Below, in pieces: positions 1 to 15,300 of a stretch of 64,000 bases of DNA. A model generated the notes under the pieces. That model was not told the DNA's origin and made no database searches. It was given only the letters and a program-made list of their open reading frames with translations. Within the stretch, counting starts at the first letter, position 1. The number at the start of each line of letters is the position of its first letter. The stretch is from NCBI RefSeq assembly GCF_902652985.1, contig NC_047033.1, forward strand, positions 13,020,001-13,084,000, given 5' to 3'. Made by a program: the position numbers and the translations under genes. The DNA is from Pecten maximus (Eukaryota).

Positions 1-159
1 CTATCTTCCCGAGAAACACAAACCACCACGGTCAGGACTTAATAAGATATGGTTGATATTATGTCATTAACATTGATTCTATAACATTTATCGAAACACA
101 ACAGAAGTACTGAGTCGATGATTGTGTGTTTTATGACACGCCCAATATCTATAATGGTA

Positions 160-470
160 TATGTAAGACAATAAGATAGTTCTACATGTAAGACAATTAG
201 AAGATTTTACATGAAAGGCAATTTGATAACTGTACATCGAAGACAGGTAGATAATTGTACCTGTAAGACAACTAGAAAATTGTATTTGTAAGACAATTAG
301 ATGATTTTAAATGAAAGACAACTAGAAAATTGTAGGTGTTAGACAATTAGATGATTTTAAATGAAAGACAGTTAGATAATTGTACGTGGAAGACAGTTAA
401 ATAATTGTACATGTAAGACAATTAGATAATTGTACATGGAAGACAATTAGATAATTATACATGTACGACA
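160..470. repeat. Degenerate 25-bp minisatellite (consensus ~TGTAAGACAATTAGATAATTGTACA), ~12 copies
   Basis: AAGACAATTAG-like motif recurs at 25-bp spacing (162, 187, ...). Confidence 0.85.
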
Positions 471-3400
471 TATAAATAAAATAGTACAATTATGCCAGTT
501 AACGAAACAGTTCTAAAATCTGTTTTCCAAAAAAGCTTAAACGGGAAAGGTATAAAACAACAAAAATAGATACAGTGACAATTCAACAAGCGCCATGTTA
601 CAACAACATGAGTTATGAATATGTGTCAGGCCTAAAAGACATTCAGGTTGGATATTTTTTCTGCCCGTTTTTGCCAGATGATAACCCTTCATATTGCGTA
701 CTTATTTACTTTGTGCCTCGCTGAGTAAATATTAGCATAACGTTGAGTAATCCCTCGGACCGAGTGTGACCTGGTTGGATAGTTTGGTGTTATCTCGGCC
801 ATTATCAGTTCCAAGATGACTAGTCTTTCATCCTACAGACCTGTACTTAAGTAAACTAAAGATTACTCCCAGATTTTTGTTACCATACCTTTTGTCTTTT
901 TGCATTGCCTGTGTATAACGTTCATTCGATGATAAGGTTATACTGATCAGGTGGGGAATTTCTAAGTTCGCATACCAGAAACCGTCCCCTAAATAATCTC
1001 CAGGTAAATCCGAGGTACGGCCTAGGTTTGGATTCTCCAACCTAGTCATATCACGCATCTTGCCTCATATTACGCCTGAAGTCAGTGGATAGGGACTTTA
1101 AACGACTATAAGGTAAGGTTTATATAACGTTTGAATTTTGAATTTGAAATATTGACGATTCTTTCTTTCTTTAATTTCGTGGATTGTTTATGTTGATATA
1201 CAAATTCATGCTCGTTGTTTCAGGAACGCTTACTGATCTTCAATATTTTTATTAATTTCCCATAACATCATAAATATATAGCTATGCCTTTCCTCGAAAG
1301 CGCGTGTTTTTGTTAAGTCCGATAATTGTACAAATGTATAATATAAGATGAACACCGATAATCAAGAGACAATTGTGAGACTAGGGAATGTGACGGATAG
1401 TGTGTTAATAGCACTGAAATTGAAACTTATCTAGCAAATGTGACAAATGACCATATAGACATCGCTATTAAGATAACATATTTACATGTTAAGTAAATAC
1501 ATTATGTTCAATGTATACATGCTTTACGTGCTCCATTTGGTTCATATAATAAAATGCCACTAATGTCTCTAGAGTATTAGAATCATAAATGAAATTTATT
1601 ATTTTAGTCTCAAGGAGATGATATAGTATTAGAATAAAGCGTAACAATTCATAACAACAAAATTGGTTGCCAGCCTGATCATATTCTTACACTATCGATA
1701 TTATCATAATCATATAAATATATAAATAATATAAAGAATGATGCAATGAATAAACATTTATCACAGATACGTCATTCATTTAAACTGGTACGTTTATACT
1801 CATCTATTTCTGTGTAGTCTAACAATCATATCATGTATGTATTTAATATTATCCATTGTTTGACACATAAGACAGAAAAGAAGCAAAAACACGATACTAA
1901 TATCATTTCGATGTTTGCGTTGAAAGCAACACTGTTCCAAATCGTGTATTGATAACTCAATAACCTCCAATATGTGTCCGTCACATGAACTTAAGTTGAC
2001 AGTGGAAAGTCAATATTTATTATCCAATTATTAGCTTCATCGTTTATCTGCGGATCAACACTATATCGGTCATATTTCTTTGTATAAACTTCTAACTCCT
2101 AACCTACTTTTACTACAGAACCTTATATCTCAGCAGTTGTGTTTAATCAGGAATGGGCTCGATTAATCCTAATTACTTTTGTTTGTTTAAATTAACTTGT
2201 GTGTGAACTTAACATATTTTGATGTTTACGGATAGCATTGATGTATTACGCATAGACTTGTTATAACCTCGATATTAACCTCGATTTGATTTTGTATTGT
2301 TTAACGTCATATCTAATAGTTTAGACAATTCAAGGACAATAGTTATAGATTGTATTTGATTGACATCATAGTTAACTTCCGTACATATGTCCATAACAAA
2401 ACATATTTTTATTTGTCAAGAATAAGTGATATGAGATCGATAGGCCCAATGAATTGTCAAACAAATACTGCTGAAACCCAGACAAACATTGCTAAAATAC
2501 TAAACCATGCCTTACTGTACACATCGAAATCGTTATCTGTATCTTATCTGTGGTAAAGTGTAGCGGAGTGACGAAATCCCCGAACCATTCAAGTTTACCT
2601 TGGTGAAAATCGATAAAATGTCTCTCAAGCCTTTCAGCATTTTGTTTATCAATCTTCGTTACGACAATAATGATTTGTGCGTTAAAAGCCAGTTGAAGAG
2701 CCTAAGAAATCCTGTGTAACCTTCTCATGAACGGTCTTTCGTGCTGAAATGATACCAATATACGGATGACCGAAAAAAGATAGTTCAAGTATTAAAATGA
2801 TAATTATTTGTTTCTTAAAACATTGTAGACAAAAATGTTTTCATTATTGCTATGGCACTAGCTCATATTTTTACAGTTTTTTTTTTCATTGTATCAAAAT
2901 CTTAAATCCTAATGCATAATTCCGTATCTTATTCAAAATATCAGTTCGACACAGTGCATCAATGTTATAACAAAATTGTGTACTGCCAGGGTATGCTTAT
3001 ACATATTAACCGGTCAGATTAACGTGTCATTGTTCGAATTTTTCAATAAAAAGATGGCTGTGATCGGATATTAGGACAGTCAAACGTGACTTCAACAATA
3101 CTGTATTGGACTGAGTTAGTGTGTCGGATACGACAGTGTGTCGGTAAAGTCAATGTTGGTAATGACAGTTGAGTATGTCACCGTTATGGTGGATATGGTC
3201 AGATGTTACACGATGTCGTTCAAGTCAGTGTCGGCAATAACAGTGGAGGGACCAATCAACCAATTGTTTTTCCATAGACTTTAGTGTTAACGTTTTGGAG
3301 TATATCATTAAAATTCTTGAATTCAATATGGCAATTATGGTTTATAACGAAAGTTTAGGGTGTCATATAACACGTAATCAAAAAAAAAAGTTGGGTCCTT

Positions 3401-5993
3401 CAGCTCGAATTTTTTCCAGGGTAGCCATTTTAAAATGGGTGAATTTCGCAGTAAAAATTCTCTAAAATCTGAAATGTTGTTGAAGTCAGTGATCGGTAAA
3501 GTCAGTGTCGGCAATGACAGTGGGACATGTCTCCGTTCTGATAAATATGATCGAATGTTAATGTCAGTTTCACAGGGCATTTTTGTACACGAATGTACTG
3601 ATACCAGTAACACTTATAGGATTTTCTATCATCCGTTAATTAAATATAGAATAGTTATTTTTTATGATTATTCCGACTTATATGATCATACATATCGTCA
3701 TAAAAATTGTGTCCTTTTTATTTTATAAGATTTTAGATTAAAGGAACTATCGTCCCTCTTTACACACTTTTTGGGAAATTAACTGAACTGATACCATCAC
3801 CTTGGTGACAAGGAGGACACTCATACTTGGTCATAGTGTGGATAAAACCGCAGTTCTGAGATTAGACAATGCTCATTTTGGATCAAGGCGAATGCCCACC
3901 CTGACAGCTGTGTCCCACATTACAACAGATGCTGTTACATCGATACGGTTCGATATTTATTACCAGAAGTCAACTATAAATATTTATAGGGGCGCGTATT
4001 TTAGAAATAGTCAATAAACAGTTCTAATATTAACCAGTAACATTCAATGTATTAATGATGTTATCATATTAAATTCCCCTAAGGATGAATGCGGCCGAGG
4101 TTTATCGCATTTCCATATGACTGTTCGTGAGCATTTGAATGACATTCCTTTGATGTAGAAATCAAGGTTTGATAATTTTGAAATTCTGAATATAATAAGC
4201 AAACACCAGTTCCTTAGTGTATGATAACGGGATACAAATGTATATGAATATATCATGTAATATAGTCTAATGTTATAATTGGTATAGGGTTAGTTAGTTG
4301 TAATGTCTATGGTTCTGCTAACATATACAAAACTGTATAAGGACGACATATTCTTAAAATGAGCCAACACAGTTGATGAATACAAAAGAGATAGCTTGAT
4401 CTATCTTAACTCGTTAAATCATTTCAGCGTGTGTACACAAACCAAGTAACACATTTATGTATGAATAGATTGCCGTATTTGTGGAATGATCAGTAAAACC
4501 ACATCATACTACTGTTCCGTACTTCTAATACCGTACATCAATACTTGCAGATCTATTTGTATACACGTATAGCAATCCAAAAAAATCCACCATTGGTTTA
4601 CATGAATATGAAAAACGTCGAAAAAGCAGTACACCTATTATAATATTAGGGAAAAGGCTACAGATAACTGCATCGATGTTAAATTTCAACAAAACGAGTA
4701 TTTATTTAATGCCACTTCATCTGTTGTTGGCTCCAATAATAATAATAATAATAATAAAAACTATCAAAAAGATAACAAAAAAAATGTCATATGAGACTTC
4801 ATCTCGAGATTATGCAGGCTTGCGTTTACCAAAAAAAAATGCTCGCAAATTATTTTTAAGTTAACAGTATCGACGTATGAACATAGCTATAGACTTTTTA
4901 CAACAATTTGCACGAAGTTAAACTGGGTGATAATGGGACGAAATCTGAGTAGCCGGGAAAAAATAGGGTCAGGCCTCCATACCAATTTACGTTTGTTCGG
5001 GAAATTGAATCCCGATCGTTTAGTCGGCAGGCGAGTGTCTTACACCGTCACATCACGACAATGTACTGTATCATTAGTCTTGGATTCAAAATGTCAGTAT
5101 AGGTCGACATGGGTCTTGACCGATGAACAAAGTATGGGTGTGACCACGGCAATATTAGTCCTACCCTATCAACGATAACACGGAGGGTTTATGTCTGTTT
5201 ATTCCTACCCACACACTGAGGTGTCACCTGTACTACAGTCGGGGTGATAGGTATGTTTACTTAAAGGGGAACATCCCAGACCATCGATCACCTAAAACAA
5301 ACATTTATCTCACCTGGATATATTTGTTTAAAATGCCATTGTCTCCTGTTAAAGTCCTATGAACTATGTCGTTCATTGAACTATTTTTCTTATGTAGAAT
5401 TATGATAACGAATGGTATAGTACACTTACTAAAAAGTTGAGACCGACACGTTGTGTATCTATAATTTTTAATCAAGCCTATTAAACCAATGATATTTGTT
5501 CATCGTGAAGAATTGACAAAAATGTTAACCAGATTATGTCTAATATATCTATCATGACCACTAAGATATAACAGTATTTATTTGGGTTTTTTGTTTGTTT
5601 TTTTTTTCTGGGGAGGAGGAGTGTTTGCTTGTTTTATAAACATTTTGTTTTTCACTAGGTACTTGTCCTAACAAACAATTTTGATGTTGATTTTTATATA
5701 TATTGGCCATATTTACAAACTAATTGTAAATGTATTCTCTTTCGTGCTGGTCACGTGACCACGGGAGGAAACGAAGACCGGAAAAACATCCAGAAAAGGA
5801 CGTTGGAAATTAATGGATAATGTATTTATTTGAAAACATGTTTGGTATATTTCAGTAATAAATGAAACATTAACCCGCATTCGTACCTTTATCATTCACC
5901 CTGATGTTCCGTGTGAATGAATACAAATAATAATGATATAGTGATCCTATAAAATACTTGCCAAAGCCTTCCGTTTGAAAATTATAGTTTTTT

Positions 5994-5995
<2 letters not shown>

Positions 5996-6026
<31 letters not shown>
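5996..6026 (+). repeat. Poly-G tract (31 G) preceded by T8
   Basis: Directly visible; ~270 bp upstream of the acceptor of mucin A's first coding exon. Confidence 0.9.
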
Positions 6027-6028
<2 letters not shown>

Positions 6029-6307
6029 TCTACCTTTCAGAAAAATTTTGGTTGTGATAAATAGAGATCTTTTTGATGCCATACTTACTTTTATTGAAAA
6101 GTTCATAAATTTCACTTATGAATCAAATATGATGAGTGAAATATAAAACTGTAGATGTTTATAAAATCTTAAACATAAATTAATACAGTTACATTAATAA
6201 TAAAATATGAATACTAGACTATCTTCACCCCTATGAATAGATGTGATGACAAACGTAAGGTCCTATTTATTTATTTTATTTTATCTTTTCAGCCATAAAA
6301 TACCAAA

Positions 6308-6386
6308 ATGCTGGCCAATGTCCCTTTTGCTCTGGTCGTTGTAGCAAATATATGCCTCCAGTACAATGCAATGACTATTGATCCAG
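6308..6386 (+). CDS. Mucin A coding exon 1: signal peptide MLANVPFALVVVANICLQYNAMTIDP
   Basis: Acceptor ttttcag at 6292, ATG 6308, donor G|GTAGG (phase 1) joins in frame to the 6859 ORF. Confidence 0.8.
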
Positions 6387-9300
6387 GTAGGAATATCATA
6401 TATCTGTTTTATTCATTTTTATTCGTACTGATGCATGAAAGAAAAATCGTTCGTCAATTACAATGTAAGAATTAATCATCATTTCTGATATAGCTTACAT
6501 ATCAATTACGAATAACGATTTTTTTTTCTTTAAATACTTCCCCCGTCCAATTATTTCAATCTCATGAGTTGTTTGCATAAGTCCATAGAAGCACCGCAAA
6601 TTAATCGCAAAGCACTGTAATTACTCAAATTCCAAGTAACAGCACATCCGTCAAATGATTCTTGAGATGTGATTAATCTGATACAAGTGAATTGAAGAGG
6701 CTTTAGGCATTCTATAAAGGTAACAGTATGTCATTACTAGATGGTCTATTTTACCTTAATGTTATTCAAACATTAGAAGTAGCACAGCATGTTGATATAG
6801 TGATATATCTGTTGACACAATATAACAATGTTTTCGTTGATTAATTACAGCCTTCGCAATGTGTTATAATCTATGTCCAACCACAACTACTACTACGTCA
6901 ACTTCAGTGTCAACTTCTACAGCCAGTAAAACAGCTTCAGAGCCTACTACTAAAGTCACCAAAACAACCCCAGTGCCTACTACTACAGTTAGTAAAATAA
7001 ATCCAGCATCTAATCCTACAGTCACTAATCCAACTGCAGCGCCCATTCCTACAGTCACTAATACAACTCCAGCGCCTACTACTACAGTCACGAAAACAAC
7101 TCCAATTTCTAATCCTACTGTAACAAATACAATACAAGGACCAACTAGTACAACACCAGTGCCAATTACTGGAGCTTTTAAAACAACTCCAGCGGCAATT
7201 ACCCCAACCGCTAAAACAGATCCAGTGTCAACCACTCTAGCCATTAAAACAACTGTAGCGCCAACTACTGCAACTACGAAAATAACGTCAGCGCCAACAG
7301 CGACAAAAACTAAAACAACGCAAGCGCCTACTGCAACTACCAATGGAAACACTCATATGCCTACTGACAAAACCACTAAACCGACTCAGGCGCAAATAAA
7401 TTTAACTACATCTTCTTTTCCAATTGCATCAAAAGCTACTAACTATGAGGTAACCACAACAAGAAATACACAACCGGCAGCTTCGACCACGAATTCGACA
7501 AAAACTCCAACAACGGTCACTAAAACCAATAATCCAACTTCATCTGTAAGGACTTCTGGACCTTCGTCGGCCACCCTTCATCTAGCGAGCACGACAAAGC
7601 CTGCTTCAGACAAAACGACAAGAGCATCAGTGCCATCACAGACTTCTACTACCACAAAAGGGGTGAAAACAGAGAAAACTACGTCATCTGTACCGGATAT
7701 TGTCACGACAGAGCATGATATCCCCAATGATACAACAACTGCAGTAAGGACACCAACCCCTAACGTGACTCCTGAGTTAACGACAGTGCAAGTAGGTAGT
7801 ACAGAAGTGAAAAGCAGTAGCACTACAACGGCATCATCTAGTAGACCTATGTCCACGACATTCGATTCATCTACAACAGAAGGCGATAACACGATATCAT
7901 TTTTTGAAACTACAGAACAGGCAACAGCACCAACACAGAGGCAAACAACTACGTCGTCAGAGACATCGTCTACCACAAAGACAAAAACAAAAGCTCCGGC
8001 AGCGACAACAGTGATGATGGATGAATCGACGACAAATGTGGCAGTAACAACTAATTCCCATGTAACGACATCCAATGGGCTTACAGATATCCCTATGGCA
8101 TCAGATGCTATAAAAAACACAGATGTGACAACGTTACAGGGACAGACGACAACCAACAATCCTTCAACTACAACACATAGCCATTCAAGTACAACAATAA
8201 AAACACATGGGCCTGCTAGCAGTTCATCGATAATAACAACAAACTTTTCAACAACACCGATGAAAACAACAATAAATTCAACCACAACAACAAAAACAGC
8301 TGAATCGACAACAATTGATCGACAAACAACAAGTGAATCAGATGGAGGTTTGACTACAGAACAACTGACAGGAAAGGTGACCACGACCATACCCAGCACT
8401 ACATCTAAGTCAACTTCGACATCAACAAAAGAGTCACCGGTGTCCCTTACAACCACAAGTCTAAGTACAAGTAAAACTGACACGCCCTGGACCACACGTA
8501 TCCAAATAACAACACCAACATCAACAACGAAAAATTTTGTCGCATCGACTCTTATCACATCCGCAACAGAAACAGCATCACCAATTACGACAACAAATAA
8601 AATACCAACGCACACAGCTGGTGGAACTTTTTCAACCACAACGGATGATATTTCAGCTATGACGACAACAAAAGACAGCGTATTCTCAGCAGTAACAACT
8701 GTCAAATCAAGAAATTCTACTAGCACACAACAAGAAAATGCAACAATGTCTACTAATTCACCTACGTCCTACACAAAATCCTCAAAATTCACAGAGAAGA
8801 CTCAATTTACTCAGTCAGTCACGCAAACACAAACAAAAGCAGAAGGAACCTCATTGCACGCAATACATTCTTCGACAACTCAAATTGCAACAGATATAAA
8901 TTCAACACCGACAGCAAAACCAAGTCCAACAAAATCTAACACAACACCAATGACAGCCTCATCATCTTTAAATGTTAACACCGTAAGTATGAGTATGAAC
9001 ACAACGACAGCTAAAGCTCCTTCAACTTCCAAAACAACTGCAGCACGAGTCTCTCCAGCTACAGCGACTGTTTCCAAAACTACAACGTCTACAATCAAAA
9101 CCACTCCTCCAACCAATATCCCTACCACTCCGAATCCAATCACAACTACAACTACGTCAACTACAACTACACCAACGACGTCAACTATAGACTGTGTAGC
9201 AGTTTGCCTAGCCTGGGGAAGAACACCAATATATACATCATCATCACCCGTGACGTCATCATCAGCATTGGTCACGGCATCACCATCACCGTATGACAAC

Positions 9301-12300
9301 GTGGAACCACAATGGGGTAAGTTAATTCAAATTCAATTTGTATACGTCGTAGATATAGAGGTTACACAACGGGTGATTGTTGGATATGGAATTTATTTCA
9401 CACAAGTAAGTTATGTTTTTAAAGTTACAAAAGACACGAGCTTTAGCGAGTGTCTTTTGTAACTTTTAAAACATAACTTACGGAAGGTCATATTCCACTA
9501 GTGGTATAAAACGTATATTTATCAAACAGTCGGGACATTTATACAATGGCATGGCCTGAGAGTGGAATAACGCAGGGTATTGTGGTAAAAAAGAATTTAT
9601 CACATTTTAAGAGAAAATGAGAAGAGAAGTATCCTCAATTAGACCGCATGTACAAAGAGGTTATGGAATAAGGTCTTTTATTAAATAAATTCGGTGAACT
9701 AAGGTTCATACGCAATCTGGCATGGTATATTTGACCTAGATGTGTCCCGGAGTAGAAATAAGTTGGTGGTTCCGGCGGATATAATCTTTTTTAGATATAG
9801 TCTAACCGTTCTATCATTATACCTCAAACAAATTGCAAAAGAAACAGAAACATATGTTATAAGTAGATCTCAAATGTATATACAACATGCTAAAATTCGA
9901 AAGAAATCGAAAAATGGTTCTTAATACTTGATACTGATATTTGAAGAAAAACAAACCCGGAAACGCTTATTGCTGACGTCAACAATCGGTATTCTTTAAT
10001 GATACAATCATACATGAATAGAGTTTCTAATTTTCTGAGTTTGAGTTGAGGTATGAAATGATGGATTGATGATCAATTTAGGTATTGTCCTGATCGCTTG
10101 AAATTAGCACGAGTCATCTCGTCCACACCAGATCTCGTCTACATCATATCGTCTGGAAACTAGTGTAACTAAGAGATACAATTAACATGTTTTACAAACA
10201 TGTTTTGAGTTTGAAATCATCATTTATTAGAATATTTGGTTAATAAAGAACTCTGATATACAACAAATCTGATAAAATGTCGTAATCATAAGACATTTCG
10301 TCCCAAATATTGCTATTTTAGTATACATTTAAATGTTTTAATTGTTAATTTCGCTTTCATTTATGTATATTGAATCAAAAATAGTGAAAACATATTCATG
10401 GATTTGGATAAATTGTAACACAGAGTCAGTGAAGTATCTATTTCATCATATTGTCAATGAATTTGTGTATAGAATATAACTGACGGTTATTGTGACCTTT
10501 GATCCCTCAAAATTGACCTTTCCCATTAGTTCTTTGGTTTTGAATTTGTATACGTGTTTAACCACTAAATAAAGATTATGAATAAAAAGTTCCTTTTGCA
10601 ATTTGTTTGATGTTCAGCTCTATTTTGCGTAAAATGGTTAGACTAATAAGTTTTGAGACAAGAAAGAGATGTATTATTACGTATACAAATTGGCAAATTG
10701 TTCCAACACTCATAGCAGAGGGAAGGAAGGAATTAGCATATGAGCTAGTTCTACAACGAATCTGTGTAATATGTTCAGACAGTCCAGTCCTATAATTGAG
10801 ACCTGATGAAATTGTGCCATGAACAAGATTGCTAAGCTATACTGGTGTATTATGATAATGCATTGATGAAATTGGATGATTTTGTGGTTTTGTCTTCTGT
10901 CAATCACTTTACTCCAACATACCTCACAGTACAGTTTTCCAATATTAGTTTGTTAGCACCAGTAACCATTCTGGCGGTTTCTATATTTAATAACTAACAT
11001 TTCATAAGTAAGGAGATTGCGTCAGGAAAACCCCAGAAGGACCCAATAGCGTTCTTTACAATATCGTTTCTTTTTTATGATTAAATGTGTTTTTTGTATT
11101 TTTCAGAAATCGCTGTATTCCCACTTCATTTCACAATTTCCTTTAACATCCCATGGACATCAGACTATGACGTAACAACATCAAATGTGTATATCAGTAT
11201 ATCGAATAAAATCCGTGTTTTCGTAAGTTATACAACACCATTCTATACCTTGATCGTTTATTAAGAATTTACCTCTCAAAAGTTCATTTCATTCTAGGAT
11301 CTCCGAGATAAATATGCAACACTTTTCTTTTTTAATTGTTTTGTTTTTCCCTTTTTTTAAATAATTTTCCAATAATTTTAATAATTGCCCAATCTAATTA
11401 ATAATTTTCCTCAGTGTTAAGCGTAAAGCTAAAATTAATGGGCAATCTTTATTTACGTAAAAAAAATCCAAGCTTTAACATAAGATATTTATCACGTTAT
11501 TACAATGTCTGATTTCTGATGCAATCTTCGATTTGACTTCATATAAAGTGTATTATAGTTTCTCAAGTTTCCTGGCAGTTGGAAAGTTTGTATATAATAA
11601 CCTATCTCACGTAATGTCGTGTCATCATATTACAGACTTTCATGTATATCCGTTTGATTTACGTTTCAGTTAGAGAATATTTATATCCACATCCCTGGCC
11701 TGAGGAGTAAAACAGTCAATGATTTAAGGTAAATTAATCTTTATATGACTACAATAGTTTCATTGTTTAATTTCTTACGTTACAATCTAGATAATCTTAT
11801 ATGACACGATAATGAGTATAAGATTCTGTTCATCACATAACTACTGTTAATGAGAGAGTAATTGAAAACTCCACAATTAATGTAAGACGGACAAGTTTCT
11901 TCTCGGCTGATGCAGTATGCGTTTATCTACAGGGAGCTCGAGAGTGTGATGGGTATTACGACGTCAATATCAATTTATAAAGTCTCAATAGTGTAATTAC
12001 GGTATAGATCATAAAGCCGTATTATAATTATGGTAAAACAGGCCAGGTATTTGAGTCATATTTAAATTAAAGTCACGAGAGAAGAAATTAAGTGTAGCAT
12101 TTTTACTTCCTTAAAAACACAAGTTCAGCACAGTCATCTTTCAAATGAATCTTAACTGGGCGACGGTGACAAATAATAAGTGAGGGAAATATAATGCTGT
12201 ATCAATTAGATTAAGTTAAGTACTGTTTTATATCCACAGTAGGGGGAGTGTGGTATGTACGTACACGTTACGTGTCACAGCATCACTGTACCAAACAGCA

Positions 12301-15300
12301 GGCGCTTACAACGCCTCCATGAAGCTGATCAGTGATGCACAACAACGTTTGGAATCAATACGATCTGCAGCAGGGATAGGACCGCTTAGTATTGACTATG
12401 TCAAAACCAACAGGAACGCGGAATTTGGTCAAGGTAGGCAAACTCACTCACCTAAAATAGAAAGTAGACTGAAAATCTATTTTCGATAACTCTTACTAAA
12501 TTAATACATAAACAAATGTTGTCAATTTAATGTTTCCACTAAAGAACATTAATGAACGAATAATTTAAATGTTGTTCAGTCTGAATGAATATAGAAATGT
12601 ACATTTTTTTTTCATTACATACGTAGATGACTTTATTATTAAAACTAGTTCAATCTAATTAAATATGATAGAAATCCCATTTATCAATATCTCAACCACA
12701 GCGATGAGAAGTAATATTTGCACAATTTATGAAAATATCATTCAATTGTATAAGAAATATGGTTATTTATTATGACCCAGTTTGATAATTTTGTTTTACA
12801 TTTCAGCCATGGAGGACTCGCAGTCCCCCTGTAATGCTACAAACATATGTCCCTTAGGTTACACGTGCCTCCACACGTCCACTGAGACCACATGTGTACA
12901 TAAGTGTAAGATAGATAACCCGTGTCACAACGGAGGCACGTGCTATGTAAATGAACAGAACATAGTTGGATGCAAGTAAGATTTTTAACATATATAATGT
13001 AAATAATCATCTTGCCGTATATCACATGCATATCATTTATTTATTTCATAATAAATTTAGTTTAAACAACATTTTTTACTAATCTTCTCTCTGTGGCTGT
13101 TATAACTCGGTTAATGAATAAAAATTGTATGAGAACTATTGAAAGGAAGGTAATATCCTGTCAAAAGTGAGAACGTCAGATTTTCAATTAAATGTTTGTT
13201 AAAAAAGATTTTCATTAAATATTTATTCTTTTCAAACACAGAATGGAAAACGCACTAAGCTTATTAACAATTACGAAGTAACTTTCAATATGTATAAAAA
13301 GGGAAAGGGCGATAAAATGCATATGCTAATCGAGTTGAAATAGTTTCTATTCCCCTTTTTATTTCAGATGTAAACCGAATTCAGATTTGATATACTTTGG
13401 AGATTATTGTGAAAGTTCCGATGAACGTTTGGCATTAGAGAAAAAGTACATCATCGTCATTGCCTGTGTGTCGGGTGCTGCTCTAGTACTACTTTTTGTT
13501 TTTATAAGCTGTATATGTTTTCGTAAAAGACCTTTCGACCGAGGAGAGTATAGTTTTCAGTAAGTATACAAATCAAAATCAATTGTTCCAACGATTGTAC
13601 AACAGGCAGCAAGATATGAGAACCATTCAAAACAAATTTGGAGTTTAGAGTAGAGCTAAAATTAATTCAACTACATAATACAACTGCTTCATCCTTCTAG
13701 GTCTCGACAGCGATACTAAGAGCCTAAAGTTGTTATAGGAGGAAACTGAACTCGAAACATATCAGATCAAAAGAAATATCAAACGTTTGATAGAGATGTA
13801 CAAAAGACTTTCAATAAATTCCATATTTTCAAAAACAGGGATTCAAAGAATTATAATTACAAACACGTATATCCTGAACCGCGTCATTACCCAAATGAAG
13901 TAAAACGTGACAAGCTTGCAACGATAACCTCGGACGCTAAAATCCAGTAGTGTCTACCATCCGCAATCACAAAGGATTGTACATAAGGCACACAAGAATA
14001 TTTGTTATCAAAAACAGTTTTGTTGCTCGTTACAGTTCTATTACTTCAAGAAATGCAATTAACTCTCAATATAATTTTCTATGATGAAAAATGCAGTCAT
14101 TGCTTATAACATCTACTTATCAACTACATTGTATTCTTATCAACTACTGACATAAACGGCTTATCTGGTTAATATCTCCAAACTTATTTGTATCCAATGC
14201 ATTTGATTTCACAATTACTTACATTCCATTTACTGGTAGAAGCACTTCTGCCTCCTTCATGAAACGTGATTGCAAATCATATTTGGTTCGAATATCACGA
14301 TGGATTGATTGGTTGCTAATCCGTGATGAACTTTAAAACATATGTGCTGTGATGTATGATGATGATGTATGGACCACAGTATTGTCGCTCGTGTGAAATT
14401 AATAATTCTAAAATTGATTTAATGGTTTTTATAATGTTTTCATGTGAACCTTTTTCGTTCGCGGCCATTACAATTCAGTCTTATCTATTGTTTACCTAAA
14501 TCAAAGGTTTTAAGAATAGCCAAGTTTTTATTTTACTGTCAAAAATGAAAGTAGTGTGTTTTTGTCATAATGATATATCTTTTTTTTACGCCATGCCGTA
14601 AAAATTAAAATTCCACAAAGGGAGATAATCTATTCGTGTCCAATATATTTTTGTACAGAGAGTTCAATGACGCATACTACTACAGATCGACTAAGGATGA
14701 TGTCGACACTATACACAAGCTCTACGCTGTAGATAACCAGGCTTATGATAACGCTACCTTCGATAACGACAATACGTCCACATTTAAAGAAGCTAGGGTA
14801 AGTATGGAAGAAGCTATGGAAGGAGCAAAAAAACTAGGGTCAGTGTCAAATAAATTAGGGTAGTTGTCAAATAAGCTAGGGTAGGTTTCAAAGAAATCTG
14901 TTTCCAGTGTCATAGATGCTACGGTAAGTGTCTAAAAAGCTATGGCATGTGTCAAAGAAGCTATGGTATCTGTCAAAGAGCTAGGGTAAGTGTCTCAGAA
15001 GCTAGGGTAAGTGTCTAAGAAGCTAGGGTAAGTGTCTAAAAAGCTAGGGTAAGTGTCTAAGAAGCTAGGGTAAGTGTCTAAGAAGCTAGGGTAAGTGTCT
15101 AAGAAGCTAGAGTTAGTGTCTAAGAAGCTAGGGTAAGTGTCTAAGAAGCTAGGGTAAGTGTCTAAAAAGCTAGGGTAAGTGTCTAAAAAGCTAGGGTAAG
15201 TGTCTAAGAAGCTAGGGTAAGTGTCTCAGAAGCTAGAGTTAGTGTCTAAGAAGCTAGGGTAAGTGTCTAAAAAGCTAGGGTAAGTGTCTAAAAAGCTAGG

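Noticed and set aside
6864-9299. Minus-strand Val-rich ORFs over mucin A exon 2
   Set aside because: Antisense shadows of the PTS exon.
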